Part shown: positions 37,758 to 46,802 of the stretch, one piece after another
How positions within the stretch are numbered: the first letter of the stretch is position 1
Layout of the letters: each line of letters starts with the position of its first letter
Assembly (NCBI GenBank): GCA_964421085.1
Contig: CAYQVO010000003.1
Location: 52,424 to 116,423, forward strand
From: an uncultured Bdellovibrionales bacterium
GTDB taxonomy: Bacteria; Bdellovibrionota_C; UBA2361; CAYQVO01
Reading direction: 5' to 3'
DNA: 64,000 bases
Notes under the pieces: model-generated
What the model was told of the DNA's origin: nothing
Seen by the model: only the letters and a program-made list of their open reading frames with translations
Database searches by the model: none
Program-made: the position numbers and the translations under genes

Positions 37758-39557
37758 CTAGACATTAAGACGAAGATAAAGAGATGGAACACCAGCCGGA
37801 TTCAGCTTCTCCACAATAAGATTTATGCGCGCAATCAGGACAGGCAGAGGAGAATCACGATCGTCGAAGAGACAGGAAAGAAACTCGCGCTGAACTCTCT
37901 GAAGTCTCTCCATTGACTCGACGAGGTTCAATGAGAGATTCCTTCCGCTCCCCGAGCGTGAGGCGCCATCCCTGACGTACACTGTCCCGTACTCACTCCT
38001 GTTATCGTATGGAAGCGCTCCATCGAGAAGCAGTTCCTTGATGTGAAAAAGAAGCGCGGTCCTGTCGCCAATAACTTCGCCGAGAACTTTCCGGCCTTCT
38101 ATTTTCTCAGCCAGTTCTCTCTCCGCTTTCCCGAGCAGAAGTTCGGGTGTCTCGGAATCGAGACTTACTCCGGCTTTTTCTTCAAGGGCCCTGAGGTACT
38201 CATAGACCGCCCATGTCGCTTCGAGATCGTGACAAAGGTAATCCTGCTGTTCCGCGCTGAGCGGACGGGCGGACCAGTCTCCTGTCTGAACTTCCCTGTC
38301 CTTGCTCATGCCGAGATCAGTGACCCATCGTGCAAGGGACTCCAGGGAAAAGCTGCAGATTTCGGGAACGAGCCTCTGACTCATCGCGTACGTGTCTTCA
38401 TGAGCCCCGAGTTTAAACCCGCGATCCCCGAGAACTCCTTTGTCGAACTTCGCATAGTGAAGGATCTTTCGCGGCTTGGGGGCGGCTAGAAACGCTGCGA
38501 GGGATTTTCCGTCAATTTCTCCTTTTTCAACTGCCTGCAGATCGATTATGTATCCCGTTCCAGCGAGAGGATCCCCAAGCCCGATGACTTCCGCCCTCTG
38601 GGTCGAAAGGGCCGGTCCCACTGTTTCAGTATCAAGGCTTACGACAGGATTTCCGCGAATACGTTCCAGCATCTCGTCGAAAGCTTTCTGCGCGTCGACA
38701 AGAACAGGTCGCCATTGATATTCCCTTCGCGCCTGCCGGAGCACTTCCTTACAAGGAACCTTGAATTCTTCCCTGCTCTTCGAGAGCTTATGAACTGTCA
38801 ATGAAATGCGAATACTTCCGTTTTTTCCCGCCGTTTTCACCAGATGACCTGCGGCGTCGACAATCTCGCCTTCAACCGGGAGTCCCGCGGACCTTTCGTT
38901 CATCGATGCGAAAATGCTCTGTCTGCCGTCACTGAGTTTGAACCCGAAGGCGCCATTCGAAGCCTGCACGACAAGGCCTTTGATCTTCACGGGACGGCGA
39001 GGACTGGAATCTACGAAAGGAGCGTCTATCTCTGAAAGAGAAATAACCTTCACCTGTCTTCGTACAGGCTTGATCTCGATGTGCCTGGGTTCCTGGTTTC
39101 CTTTTCCCCCGCGCGCTATTTCGCCCAAAGAGATTTTCTCTTCGAAGGGCACCGCTTCAAGCGTCTCAATGTTCGCGTTCCGAGGCACTGCCGCGGGTCC
39201 TGCGTTGACCAGAACAAATGCATCCAGAAATTCTTCGCTCCACTCCGGCAGGATTACCTGCCCGTTTTCGTCCGCAAGCGGCCTTGATGCTTCACATACA
39301 GCCTTTGAATAGTCTTCATCGCTCAGGTACGCGCGGATTACGCTCTCATCAATATGCACACGGCATCCATGTGCCGGTACGAATTTAAAAACTCTTTCCG
39401 CCCCCTCCCTCGTCATAAGAGAAGGATCGTCCCCTCTCAGGCATTCCCCCCTGAATTTTTCGAACTCCGCAATCTGATGAGAAGATGGGGATGGAGAAAC
39501 GCTCCTTTGATCAGGAATCAGGCCTGGAAGACGCGGTTGATCCGACTTGGACAGCAT
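37758..39557 (-). CDS. DEDDy 3'-5' exonuclease (RNase D / WRN-exo-like) with an unassigned ~290-aa N-terminal domain
   Basis: Exo I VVSLDTETVG, Exo II ILHYAKFDKGVL, Exo III YLCHDLEATWAVYEYL. The N-terminal half has no recognisable family; a possible OB-fold lies around residues 190–250. Confidence 0.65.
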   Translation of the reverse strand: MLSKSDQPRLPGLIPDQRSVSPSPSSHQIAEFEKFRGECLRGDDPSLMTREGAERVFKFVPAHGCRVHIDESVIRAYLSDEDYSKAVCEASRPLADENGQVILPEWSEEFLDAFVLVNAGPAAVPRNANIETLEAVPFEEKISLGEIARGGKGNQEPRHIEIKPVRRQVKVISLSEIDAPFVDSSPRRPVKIKGLVVQASNGAFGFKLSDGRQSIFASMNERSAGLPVEGEIVDAAGHLVKTAGKNGSIRISLTVHKLSKSREEFKVPCKEVLRQARREYQWRPVLVDAQKAFDEMLERIRGNPVVSLDTETVGPALSTQRAEVIGLGDPLAGTGYIIDLQAVEKGEIDGKSLAAFLAAPKPRKILHYAKFDKGVLGDRGFKLGAHEDTYAMSQRLVPEICSFSLESLARWVTDLGMSKDREVQTGDWSARPLSAEQQDYLCHDLEATWAVYEYLRALEEKAGVSLDSETPELLLGKAERELAEKIEGRKVLGEVIGDRTALLFHIKELLLDGALPYDNRSEYGTVYVRDGASRSGSGRNLSLNLVESMERLQRVQREFLSCLFDDRDSPLPVLIARINLIVEKLNPAGVPSLYLRLNV

Positions 39558-39738
39558 GAAGAGCCCCTGATGCGGTTACGAAAATACAGATCCTAAGTTA
39601 TCAGGAAGTGGAATCGTAAGTAAGGGGCGGCAAAAACCCTTCAAATCCGGCGAAAACCCGCAGGTTTATTTTTTCTCCTCTGCTGAAAGCCGCCTCGTAC
39701 AGCTTCACGGTGTTTCATTCAAGATTAAAATGCCGGTT

Positions 39739-41226
39739 CTATCTCCTCAAAGCTTCCAGGGACTTGACCTGTCCCTGTCTCGAAAGATCTATAGATTCCC
39801 CCAGTATACGGGCGAGTTCCTGAGGCGCGTGAAATCCCATTGAATTTTCAGCGGCGACGAAGTCGAGCCTCCACTGCGCAGCCCTCTGCAGCTCGCCAGT
39901 CTCTTTCAGCACAGTCGTCATATCCCTGCCCGTGTCTGCGCGGAGTGCTTTTACTGCATCTATGAGATCCACGGCGGCATTTCCGGCACGCTGCAAAAGA
40001 GCGTAATGCCTGTCCTGGGTCGCCTCGACACGGTTTTTAAGCTCGTCCTCCGGATATGGATGACAGGTCTGACAGGACCGATTGATCATATGAAGCGGAC
40101 TTTTCACCCAGTGTTCGGACACTTTCATGGCGCCTTCCCGCTTGTAGGGCATGTGGCAGTCGGCGCACGCGACCCCGCTCTTTGCGTGGATCCCCTGACT
40201 CCACACTTCAAATTCCGGATGCTGGGCCTTTAAAAGCTCCATACCTGTTTCCGCATGTGTCCAGTCTTTGAACCTCTGCCCTGGAGGCATTTCGAGATTG
40301 TTGTAGGCGGCCTCGATCTCTTCGACCTTCAATCCCCTGTCCCACGGGAAAAATATGGCAGCCCCCTTGCCGCAGAAGTACTCCACATGGCACTGCGCGC
40401 ATACATAGGAGCGTATCTCCTGCCGCATGCCGTCGGCATTTGGGTCGTACGGCTTTGATCGATCACCGGCTCTCCACCGTTCGATACTCGGCAGATGAGG
40501 AGCAGGCGCTCCGCTTTCGGCAAATGCGCGTATTCCGTTTATGAATCCGGGACGTGTCACCCGGAGCTCCATATTTTCCGGACTATGGCAGTCGACACAT
40601 GAGACCGGATGAGGCTTTCCTTTCCGGCCGTCTACTACGCTCACATCTCCCAGTTCCCGGTGCGCATCCCAGTAATTCATCCGACCCACCAGTTCCAGAC
40701 CTTTTTGAATCTGCTCCGCTTCGGAGCCGTCCGGCAGCGCCGCTTCTCCTTTCGCCCGGTAAAGAGGCATTATCGAAGCGTGACAATGCAGGCAGTTTCC
40801 GGACTGCTTCGCCTCTGAAGGAACATTTCTTTTCGTCACCTCCTGATCAATCAGCATGAATGCGTGGCCTCTGCGATCCCGGTAGTCGATCGCAAACAAA
40901 TATCCCTCAAAAATTCTCGTAAGCCACGGATCCTTTTCGGCCTTCTGCGGCGGCACCACGCCTTCCGAACCTATCCCTCCTCCGTATTTCGTTCTGCCCG
41001 GCTCGGCGGTTCTCAGGTACCCATCGTACTGGCGAGGCCAGTTCCTGCCCCACACAGCGGCATCGACCGTATTTTCATCCACATTCACAAATTTGACATA
41101 TGTGTTCATCGCTTCCTGCCTGCGCTCGATAATATTAACAAGCAGCGCAGTGACGCCGGCGGTAAGCAGCGCGACCAGACCGATGACAGCGGCAAGGATG
41201 ACGGCTTTTCGTGTATTGTCTTTCAT
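39739..41226 (-). CDS. nrfA: Cytochrome c nitrite reductase, pentaheme catalytic subunit NrfA
   Basis: Five CxxCH motifs (CLHCH, CVDCH, CAQCH, CADCH, CQTCH), an N-terminal signal anchor, and an NrfA-like length and spacing. The first heme uses CxxCH rather than CxxCK. Confidence 0.8.
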   Translation of the reverse strand: MKDNTRKAVILAAVIGLVALLTAGVTALLVNIIERRQEAMNTYVKFVNVDENTVDAAVWGRNWPRQYDGYLRTAEPGRTKYGGGIGSEGVVPPQKAEKDPWLTRIFEGYLFAIDYRDRRGHAFMLIDQEVTKRNVPSEAKQSGNCLHCHASIMPLYRAKGEAALPDGSEAEQIQKGLELVGRMNYWDAHRELGDVSVVDGRKGKPHPVSCVDCHSPENMELRVTRPGFINGIRAFAESGAPAPHLPSIERWRAGDRSKPYDPNADGMRQEIRSYVCAQCHVEYFCGKGAAIFFPWDRGLKVEEIEAAYNNLEMPPGQRFKDWTHAETGMELLKAQHPEFEVWSQGIHAKSGVACADCHMPYKREGAMKVSEHWVKSPLHMINRSCQTCHPYPEDELKNRVEATQDRHYALLQRAGNAAVDLIDAVKALRADTGRDMTTVLKETGELQRAAQWRLDFVAAENSMGFHAPQELARILGESIDLSRQGQVKSLEALRR

Positions 41227-41242
41227 AACGATTCCCTTTTCA

Positions 41243-41692
41243 TCACTTCATTGCTCCATGACCGGAGCCCCGGTGGCAATGGACGCATCTCACGGCATTT
41301 TCCGCCCAGGTGCTCCCCTGGACGATTTCATGGACGAAATCTCCGTGACACCGCAGACAGTTATCCTGCAGTATCCGGCTGTTTTTCTCCTTTATCATTA
41401 TCGGTTCGTGGAAGTCCTGAAGTGTAAATCCTTTTGAGTGATAATATCCGTTCATTCCCTTTGCGATATACTTCTGAGGAAAATGCGGAGGAACGTGACA
41501 GTCGTTGCACACAGCCGCTGAATGATGAGGTCCTTTGCGCCACGAATCATACTGATCGTTCATTATGTGGCAGTTTGCGCAGATCTCCGGCTCATTCGAG
41601 AGATAGGAGAATCCTTCCGCGTACTGGAAAGTGAAAATCCCGATTCCGGCGCCGATCCCGATGAGAATGGCAAGGGCGATGAGGAATTTCAT
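41243..41692 (-). CDS. nrfH: NrfH, membrane tetraheme NapC/NirT-family quinol dehydrogenase
   Basis: An N-terminal TM helix and four CxxCH motifs (CANCH, CNDCH, CLRCH, CVHCH) in 149 aa. It sits directly upstream of nrfA. Confidence 0.8.
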   Translation of the reverse strand: MKFLIALAILIGIGAGIGIFTFQYAEGFSYLSNEPEICANCHIMNDQYDSWRKGPHHSAAVCNDCHVPPHFPQKYIAKGMNGYYHSKGFTLQDFHEPIMIKEKNSRILQDNCLRCHGDFVHEIVQGSTWAENAVRCVHCHRGSGHGAMK

Positions 41693-43890
41693 GATTTATG
41701 CTTCCGTCTCCATTTCTCGAAAATCGGCTCAAGCTTTTCCAGCTCCACAGGCTTTACCAGATGCTCATCGAAACCTGCGGCCTGCGCCCTCGCTTTATCC
41801 CGCTCCTGTCCATACCCTGTGACCGCAACAAGAAAGCACCCGGGCAGTTTCAACTCCGTCCTTATTCGTCTCGCGACCTCATAACCATCGAGACCCGGAA
41901 GTCCTATATCCAGCAGCACTATCTCCGGTTTAAAGGACGCGGCTTCATCGATCGCATCGAATCCATCGTACACGACTTCCACTTCGTTTCCCGCATTCTG
42001 GAGGAGCAGCGAAAGCATCGCGGCGATATCCCGGTTATCTTCGACAATAAGAATACGGATTGAATTCTCCGAGGCTTTTCCCGGCGCGCCGCCGGCGGCA
42101 TCTCTTTTTTCGGCGAGTGGAAGTCTCACTACGAACTCGCTCCCCTTTCCTGTTCCCTCGCTCGCGACGGAGACGCTTCCCCCGTGAAGTTCCGTAAGCC
42201 TCTGAACCAGATTCAATCCAAGCCCCAGACTACCCTGTCTCCCGTGCTGCGCGCTGCTAATCTGCCCGAACAATTCGAAAATCTGAGACTGCCTTTCAGG
42301 ATCTATTCCGATGCCGGTGTCTTTTACAGTGATCAGCCCGTATTCATGATCGGAGGAAGCGGCAACGTCGATCGATCCCCCCTGGCGGGTGTATTTTGCC
42401 GCGTTCGAGACGAGATTAACGAGGACCTGTTCCAGCCGGGAACGATCTCCCCATATATTTACCCCCGCCGGCGGGTAACTGACAGTGAGGCTTATACCTC
42501 TGGACTCGACGTCGCCTTTCACCTCCTCCAGGGTACTTCTGACAAGAGATGCCAGATCGACACTCTCCTTTTTCAGCTCGAGCTTCCCGCGGACTATACG
42601 CGACACATCGAGCAGATCGTCGAGAAGTTCGTTAAGCTGCACTGTCTGCTGCTCGAGAGAGTCCTGGATCCATTCGCGCTTTTCCTGCATTTCGGGCTTC
42701 CGCAGGAGTCTCAGTCCGCTAACGATCGCCGCCAGAGGGTTTCTCATTTCGTGGCCAAGCATCGCCAGAAAGTCGTCTTTGCGGCGGTTCAGTTCCCGAA
42801 GCTGCGCATAAAGCCTGCTGTTCTCCACGGCAATCGACGCCTGTCTTCCAAGCTCCTGCGCCAGATGGAAGTCTTCCTGCTGAAACGCCCGCACATTGCC
42901 CGAGATAAAGAAGCTTAGCGCTCCAAAAATACGGTTTCCTTTCCGCAGGGGCACACACATTCCGGCACGGGGATCCAGTTCTTTCAGTATCCTTTCATGC
43001 TGGGAGGGTGGGGCAACACAGTTCAAAAGGAGTTCACACGGCTCCTGAATCATGAAAGATTCTCCCTCTCGAAGAACTTTTGTCAGCATACCCTGCATAT
43101 CCCAGGCCGGGGGGCACTTTTTCGCGAGATGCCCCAGCATCCTCTCCTTCTCCAGATTTACATGTGCCCACGCCGTCCGCTGTATCTGACCCTGCTCGTC
43201 GAGAATATCCGCGATACACCACTCCCCAAGAGCTGGAATCGAAATTCCGGCAAGCTGACGCATCGTGCTTTCAAGATCGACAATGTTGGCGAGCAGCGTT
43301 CCTGCATCGGCGAGGAAGCGGGTATTTTCTCCCGCCCGCTCATGGGCGGCCCTCACTCTGATTGACATGATGCCGAAAGAGACCTCCTCCGCAAGCTCGG
43401 AAAGAAAAGGAACATTATCCTCGCCAAACCCGTCCGCTTCCGATGAATAAATGATTATCGCGCCAAAAGCTTTCCCTTCCTCAATAAGCGGAAAAGCCGC
43501 TGAGGAAGCGAAGCCCCGCCGGACAGCTTCATTCTCACATGGAGCGGGCCGTGGATCCTCTCTCATGCTGCCGCTGATGCACGGTTCGGCTGTGCGAATC
43601 GCGGTCCCAGCCGGCCCCCGCCCTGTGTCGGTATCCGCCCATGTGATTTTAAGAGTTTCAAGATATCCCTCCTCGAATCCCGCGTGAGCCACGGGCCGGA
43701 CTGATTTTTCGTCGTCATTCTCAGCGTAACCTATCCACACCAGAGAGTGTTCGCACCCTTCGACGATAATCCTGCACACCTCCTGCAGATACTCGTATTC
43801 ATTCTTCGAATGAATCATGGCGCGGGTGCTCCTGCTCTGCGCCTTGAATGTCCTTTTCATCCGGTCGAGATCTGTTTCCTTTCCGGGCAT
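41689..43890 (-). CDS. Hybrid sensor histidine kinase with two GAF domains, HisKA, HATPase_c and a C-terminal receiver
   Basis: H-box GHEMRNPLAAI, an ATP-lid G-box region, and a receiver ILIVEDNRDIA...VLLDIGLPGLDG. Its stop overlaps the nrfH start (ATGA). Confidence 0.8.
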   Translation of the reverse strand: MPGKETDLDRMKRTFKAQSRSTRAMIHSKNEYEYLQEVCRIIVEGCEHSLVWIGYAENDDEKSVRPVAHAGFEEGYLETLKITWADTDTGRGPAGTAIRTAEPCISGSMREDPRPAPCENEAVRRGFASSAAFPLIEEGKAFGAIIIYSSEADGFGEDNVPFLSELAEEVSFGIMSIRVRAAHERAGENTRFLADAGTLLANIVDLESTMRQLAGISIPALGEWCIADILDEQGQIQRTAWAHVNLEKERMLGHLAKKCPPAWDMQGMLTKVLREGESFMIQEPCELLLNCVAPPSQHERILKELDPRAGMCVPLRKGNRIFGALSFFISGNVRAFQQEDFHLAQELGRQASIAVENSRLYAQLRELNRRKDDFLAMLGHEMRNPLAAIVSGLRLLRKPEMQEKREWIQDSLEQQTVQLNELLDDLLDVSRIVRGKLELKKESVDLASLVRSTLEEVKGDVESRGISLTVSYPPAGVNIWGDRSRLEQVLVNLVSNAAKYTRQGGSIDVAASSDHEYGLITVKDTGIGIDPERQSQIFELFGQISSAQHGRQGSLGLGLNLVQRLTELHGGSVSVASEGTGKGSEFVVRLPLAEKRDAAGGAPGKASENSIRILIVEDNRDIAAMLSLLLQNAGNEVEVVYDGFDAIDEAASFKPEIVLLDIGLPGLDGYEVARRIRTELKLPGCFLVAVTGYGQERDKARAQAAGFDEHLVKPVELEKLEPIFEKWRRKHKS

Positions 43891-43893
43891 CTT

Positions 43894-45096
43894 TTATCTC
43901 TTCAAAAGCGGGCCGGCAGCCGACGACCAGTACGCTGCCATTGCGGCATCGTGAACTTCCTTTACGGCGGCGTTGCTTTTCCCGGCAGCTTCCAGGCAAT
44001 CGGCGAACTCCGCCTGTGCATTCAATATCTCTCCTTTTTCACTCGCGACCTTTATCCTGATTTCGCCGTACCTGGTTGAAACCACCTTATGAACGCGTTC
44101 CAGACAGTGCCGCTTTGCTTTGTGGACACGAAGTCCCAGTGTCGAAGTCTCCCGGAATACAATCCTGGAGAGCGCCTCCACATCCTTTTCCCCGCACATC
44201 AACTGCAGAAGAAATCCAGGCCTGCTCTTTTTCATCTGGACAGGGACGACGAAAACATCAAGGGCCCCCTGCTCCAGAAGCTGCTCGAACACCCGCTCAA
44301 AATACTGCGGATTCATATCGTCCACATTGGTTTCAATGACGCAGACTTCGCTCTCTGTCCCTTCTCCGCCGTCTTCCCCGATCACGGCGCGAAGCACGTT
44401 CGGAAACGGAAGTTCATAAGATCCGGCGCCGTGTCCAACTGCATTCACTGTAAACGAAGGCATCGGTCCAAACGAATCGGCGATACCCGCAAGAATCGCA
44501 GCGCCAGTCGGCGTCACAAGCTCCTTTTCCACTCCGCACTGACGAAGCGGCATGCCCTTCATCAGGAGAAGGGCTGCAGGAGCGGGCAGCGGAAGCTCGC
44601 CATGAGCGCAGTGAACTGTCCCGGTGAATGTCGGGAGGGGACCTGCAATAACTCTGTCGATGCGAAGCTGCTCGAGACATATCGCCGTTCCAACTATATC
44701 GACGATGGCGTCGACGGCTCCCACTTCATGAAAGTGCACCTCTTCAATGCTGCATCCATGCACGGCCGCCTCCGCCTCGCCAAGCAGGTTGAAGATCCTG
44801 ATTGAAGTTTCCTTCACATACTGCCGGAGATTCGCTTCTTCAATAAGGGCAATTATGCGGGAAAGGCCCCGGTGGTGATCGTGAGAATATGGATCCGTCC
44901 CGTCAAGGACTTCGAACCTCGAAGCCGCGATGCCTTTGCTTTTCGTCCTGGAAAGAGAAATTTCCGGAACAGGCGATATGCCAAGCTTTCCAATGCCCTC
45001 GATAAGAGTCTCGATGTCCGCTCCCGCATCCAGAAGGGCGCCGACTATCAAGTCGCCGCTTGCGCCCGAAAAGCAGTCGAGATAGAGGATCCGCAT
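43894..45096 (-). CDS. larC: Nickel-pincer cofactor biosynthesis protein LarC (nickel insertase, DUF111)
   Basis: MRILYLDCFSGASGDLIVGALLDAGAD and the conserved LarC N- and C-domain pattern over 400 aa. Confidence 0.75.
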   Translation of the reverse strand: MRILYLDCFSGASGDLIVGALLDAGADIETLIEGIGKLGISPVPEISLSRTKSKGIAASRFEVLDGTDPYSHDHHRGLSRIIALIEEANLRQYVKETSIRIFNLLGEAEAAVHGCSIEEVHFHEVGAVDAIVDIVGTAICLEQLRIDRVIAGPLPTFTGTVHCAHGELPLPAPAALLLMKGMPLRQCGVEKELVTPTGAAILAGIADSFGPMPSFTVNAVGHGAGSYELPFPNVLRAVIGEDGGEGTESEVCVIETNVDDMNPQYFERVFEQLLEQGALDVFVVPVQMKKSRPGFLLQLMCGEKDVEALSRIVFRETSTLGLRVHKAKRHCLERVHKVVSTRYGEIRIKVASEKGEILNAQAEFADCLEAAGKSNAAVKEVHDAAMAAYWSSAAGPLLKR

Positions 45097-45222
45097 CTGT
45101 GTAACTTAAAACCGCGTGGGTATAAAGGCAAGCGACTCGACCCTGGCAGAGAAGCCGCGCTGATGCGGAAAGAGCCGTTCTCCTGCTGCACGTCCCGTCT
45201 CTGACTGTTACGCGAGTCTCAT

Positions 45223-45936
45223 TCAGGCCCTGGAGCCCGGTGTTGATGCGGCGATAATTTTCGCCGCCACTGCGGCAGCTCCAACTCCATTATCGATATT
45301 CACCACGGCAAGCCCGGGCGCGCAGCTCTGGAGCATCGCCATCAGGGCGCCGGTACCTCCTCCGCCATAGCCGTATCCAACCGAAGTGGGAATGCCTATC
45401 ACAGGGATATCAACGAGTCCTGCGACAACTGAAGGCAGGGCGCCGTCCATCCCGGCTGCGACGATTATTGCGGAACACGATGAATTCTCCGCCATTTCAC
45501 GAAGAGGCCCGGCAAGCCTGTGGATACCTGCGACACCGACGTCGTAAGCGGTGATCACTTCGCAGCAGCATGCTTCGCAGACGATGCGAGCTTCTTCCGC
45601 GACCTCGATGTCCGAAGTGCCCGCCGAAATAATCCCGATTTTCCCGCCGCCATTTTTCTCCGGCTTGCTGCCGAAAAGCAGAGTTCTCCCCGCGGGACTT
45701 CTGACTGCACACTGCCCGAATTTCTCTTCGATGAGAGACACAAAGTCTCCGGGACATCTGCTCACAACTGCGAAACCTGTCTTCTCGATAAGACATTCGA
45801 CAGCAGAAATAATCTGATTAATGGACTTGCTTTCAGCGAACACGACTTCGGGGCACGCTGTCCGCGCCGCTCTTTCATGGTCGACGCGAACCGCGCAGCA
45901 CTGGGAAAGATTTGAAAGTGTTTCGAACTTATCCAT
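45223..45936 (-). CDS. larB: Nickel-pincer cofactor biosynthesis protein LarB (PurE-like carboxylase/hydrolase)
   Basis: PurE-like core KIGIISAGTSDIEVAEEA...IIVAAGMDGALPSVVAG. The start was set to the ATG at 45936, 2 bp after the larE stop, rather than the track's TTG at 45981. Confidence 0.7.
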   Translation of the reverse strand: MDKFETLSNLSQCCAVRVDHERAARTACPEVVFAESKSINQIISAVECLIEKTGFAVVSRCPGDFVSLIEEKFGQCAVRSPAGRTLLFGSKPEKNGGGKIGIISAGTSDIEVAEEARIVCEACCCEVITAYDVGVAGIHRLAGPLREMAENSSCSAIIVAAGMDGALPSVVAGLVDIPVIGIPTSVGYGYGGGGTGALMAMLQSCAPGLAVVNIDNGVGAAAVAAKIIAASTPGSRA

Positions 45937-46741
45937 CCACGACCTCGTTAAGGCTTCCCGCCCGGTAGCCCGCGAGATCAAGAGTCACGTGCTTGAACCC
46001 GAGGCTCTGGAGCTTTTCTACGATACCTTCTCTCATGCCGGTTGCGGCAAATTTCTCCATTTCATCGCGGGAAACCTCTATACGCGCGACAGCTCCATGG
46101 TGCCGGACACGCACCTGTCGCATACCCGCTTCTCTCAGAAAAGACTCCCCTTCTTCTATCTGTCTCAATTTCTGAGGCGTTATCTCGCTGCCGTAGGGGA
46201 TCCTCGAAGAAAGGCAGGCCATGGCAGGCTTGTCGTGTGTCCTCAGTCCCATTTCTTCTGAAATCTTCCTTATCTCCTGTTTGGTCAGGTCCGCTTCAAG
46301 CAGCGGGGCTCTGACGCCGTGCAGCTGCGCCGCTTTCATTCCGGGACGGTAATCTCCAGTGTCGTCGGCATTTGCGCCGTGAAGCACGGCGCGCAGTCCG
46401 TATCTTTCCGCCACCCGGCGCAGGGTTTTAAACAGTTCATCTTTGCAGTAAAAGCATCGCTGCGGGGTGTTTTCCAGGTACTGGTCGAGCATAAACTCGC
46501 CGGTGGCCGCAAACTCATGCCGCGCTCCGATTGAGCGTGCAAGATCGACGCACTCGTTCTTTTCACTATCAGGAAGGCTCAAGGTATCGCTGGTAACGGC
46601 AAGAACTTTGTCTTTCCCCAGAACTTCAACAGCAACCGCGAGCAGACAGGTGCTGTCGACTCCGCCTGAAAAAGCCACAAGGACCGACGGGAATTCCCGG
46701 AGAATCGATTGAAGCCTTTCTTGTTTCTGAGACAGATCCAT
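45929..46741 (-). CDS. larE: LarE, ATP-dependent sacrificial sulfur transferase (PP-loop ATP pyrophosphatase)
   Basis: PP-loop LVAFSGGVDSTCL and a conserved Cys in the CKDELF context. 270 aa. Confidence 0.75.
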   Translation of the reverse strand: MDLSQKQERLQSILREFPSVLVAFSGGVDSTCLLAVAVEVLGKDKVLAVTSDTLSLPDSEKNECVDLARSIGARHEFAATGEFMLDQYLENTPQRCFYCKDELFKTLRRVAERYGLRAVLHGANADDTGDYRPGMKAAQLHGVRAPLLEADLTKQEIRKISEEMGLRTHDKPAMACLSSRIPYGSEITPQKLRQIEEGESFLREAGMRQVRVRHHGAVARIEVSRDEMEKFAATGMREGIVEKLQSLGFKHVTLDLAGYRAGSLNEVVDG

Positions 46742-46802
46742 GGGAAATTTATTTTATTTCGCCATTGAACCCGTTTGCAAGCCGGGCCACACTGGAGCGG
46801 AA

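Noticed and set aside
39610-39640. tRNA-like TTCAAATCC (T-loop-like) sequence
   Set aside because: The flanking bases cannot form a T-stem or an acceptor stem, so there is no cloverleaf.
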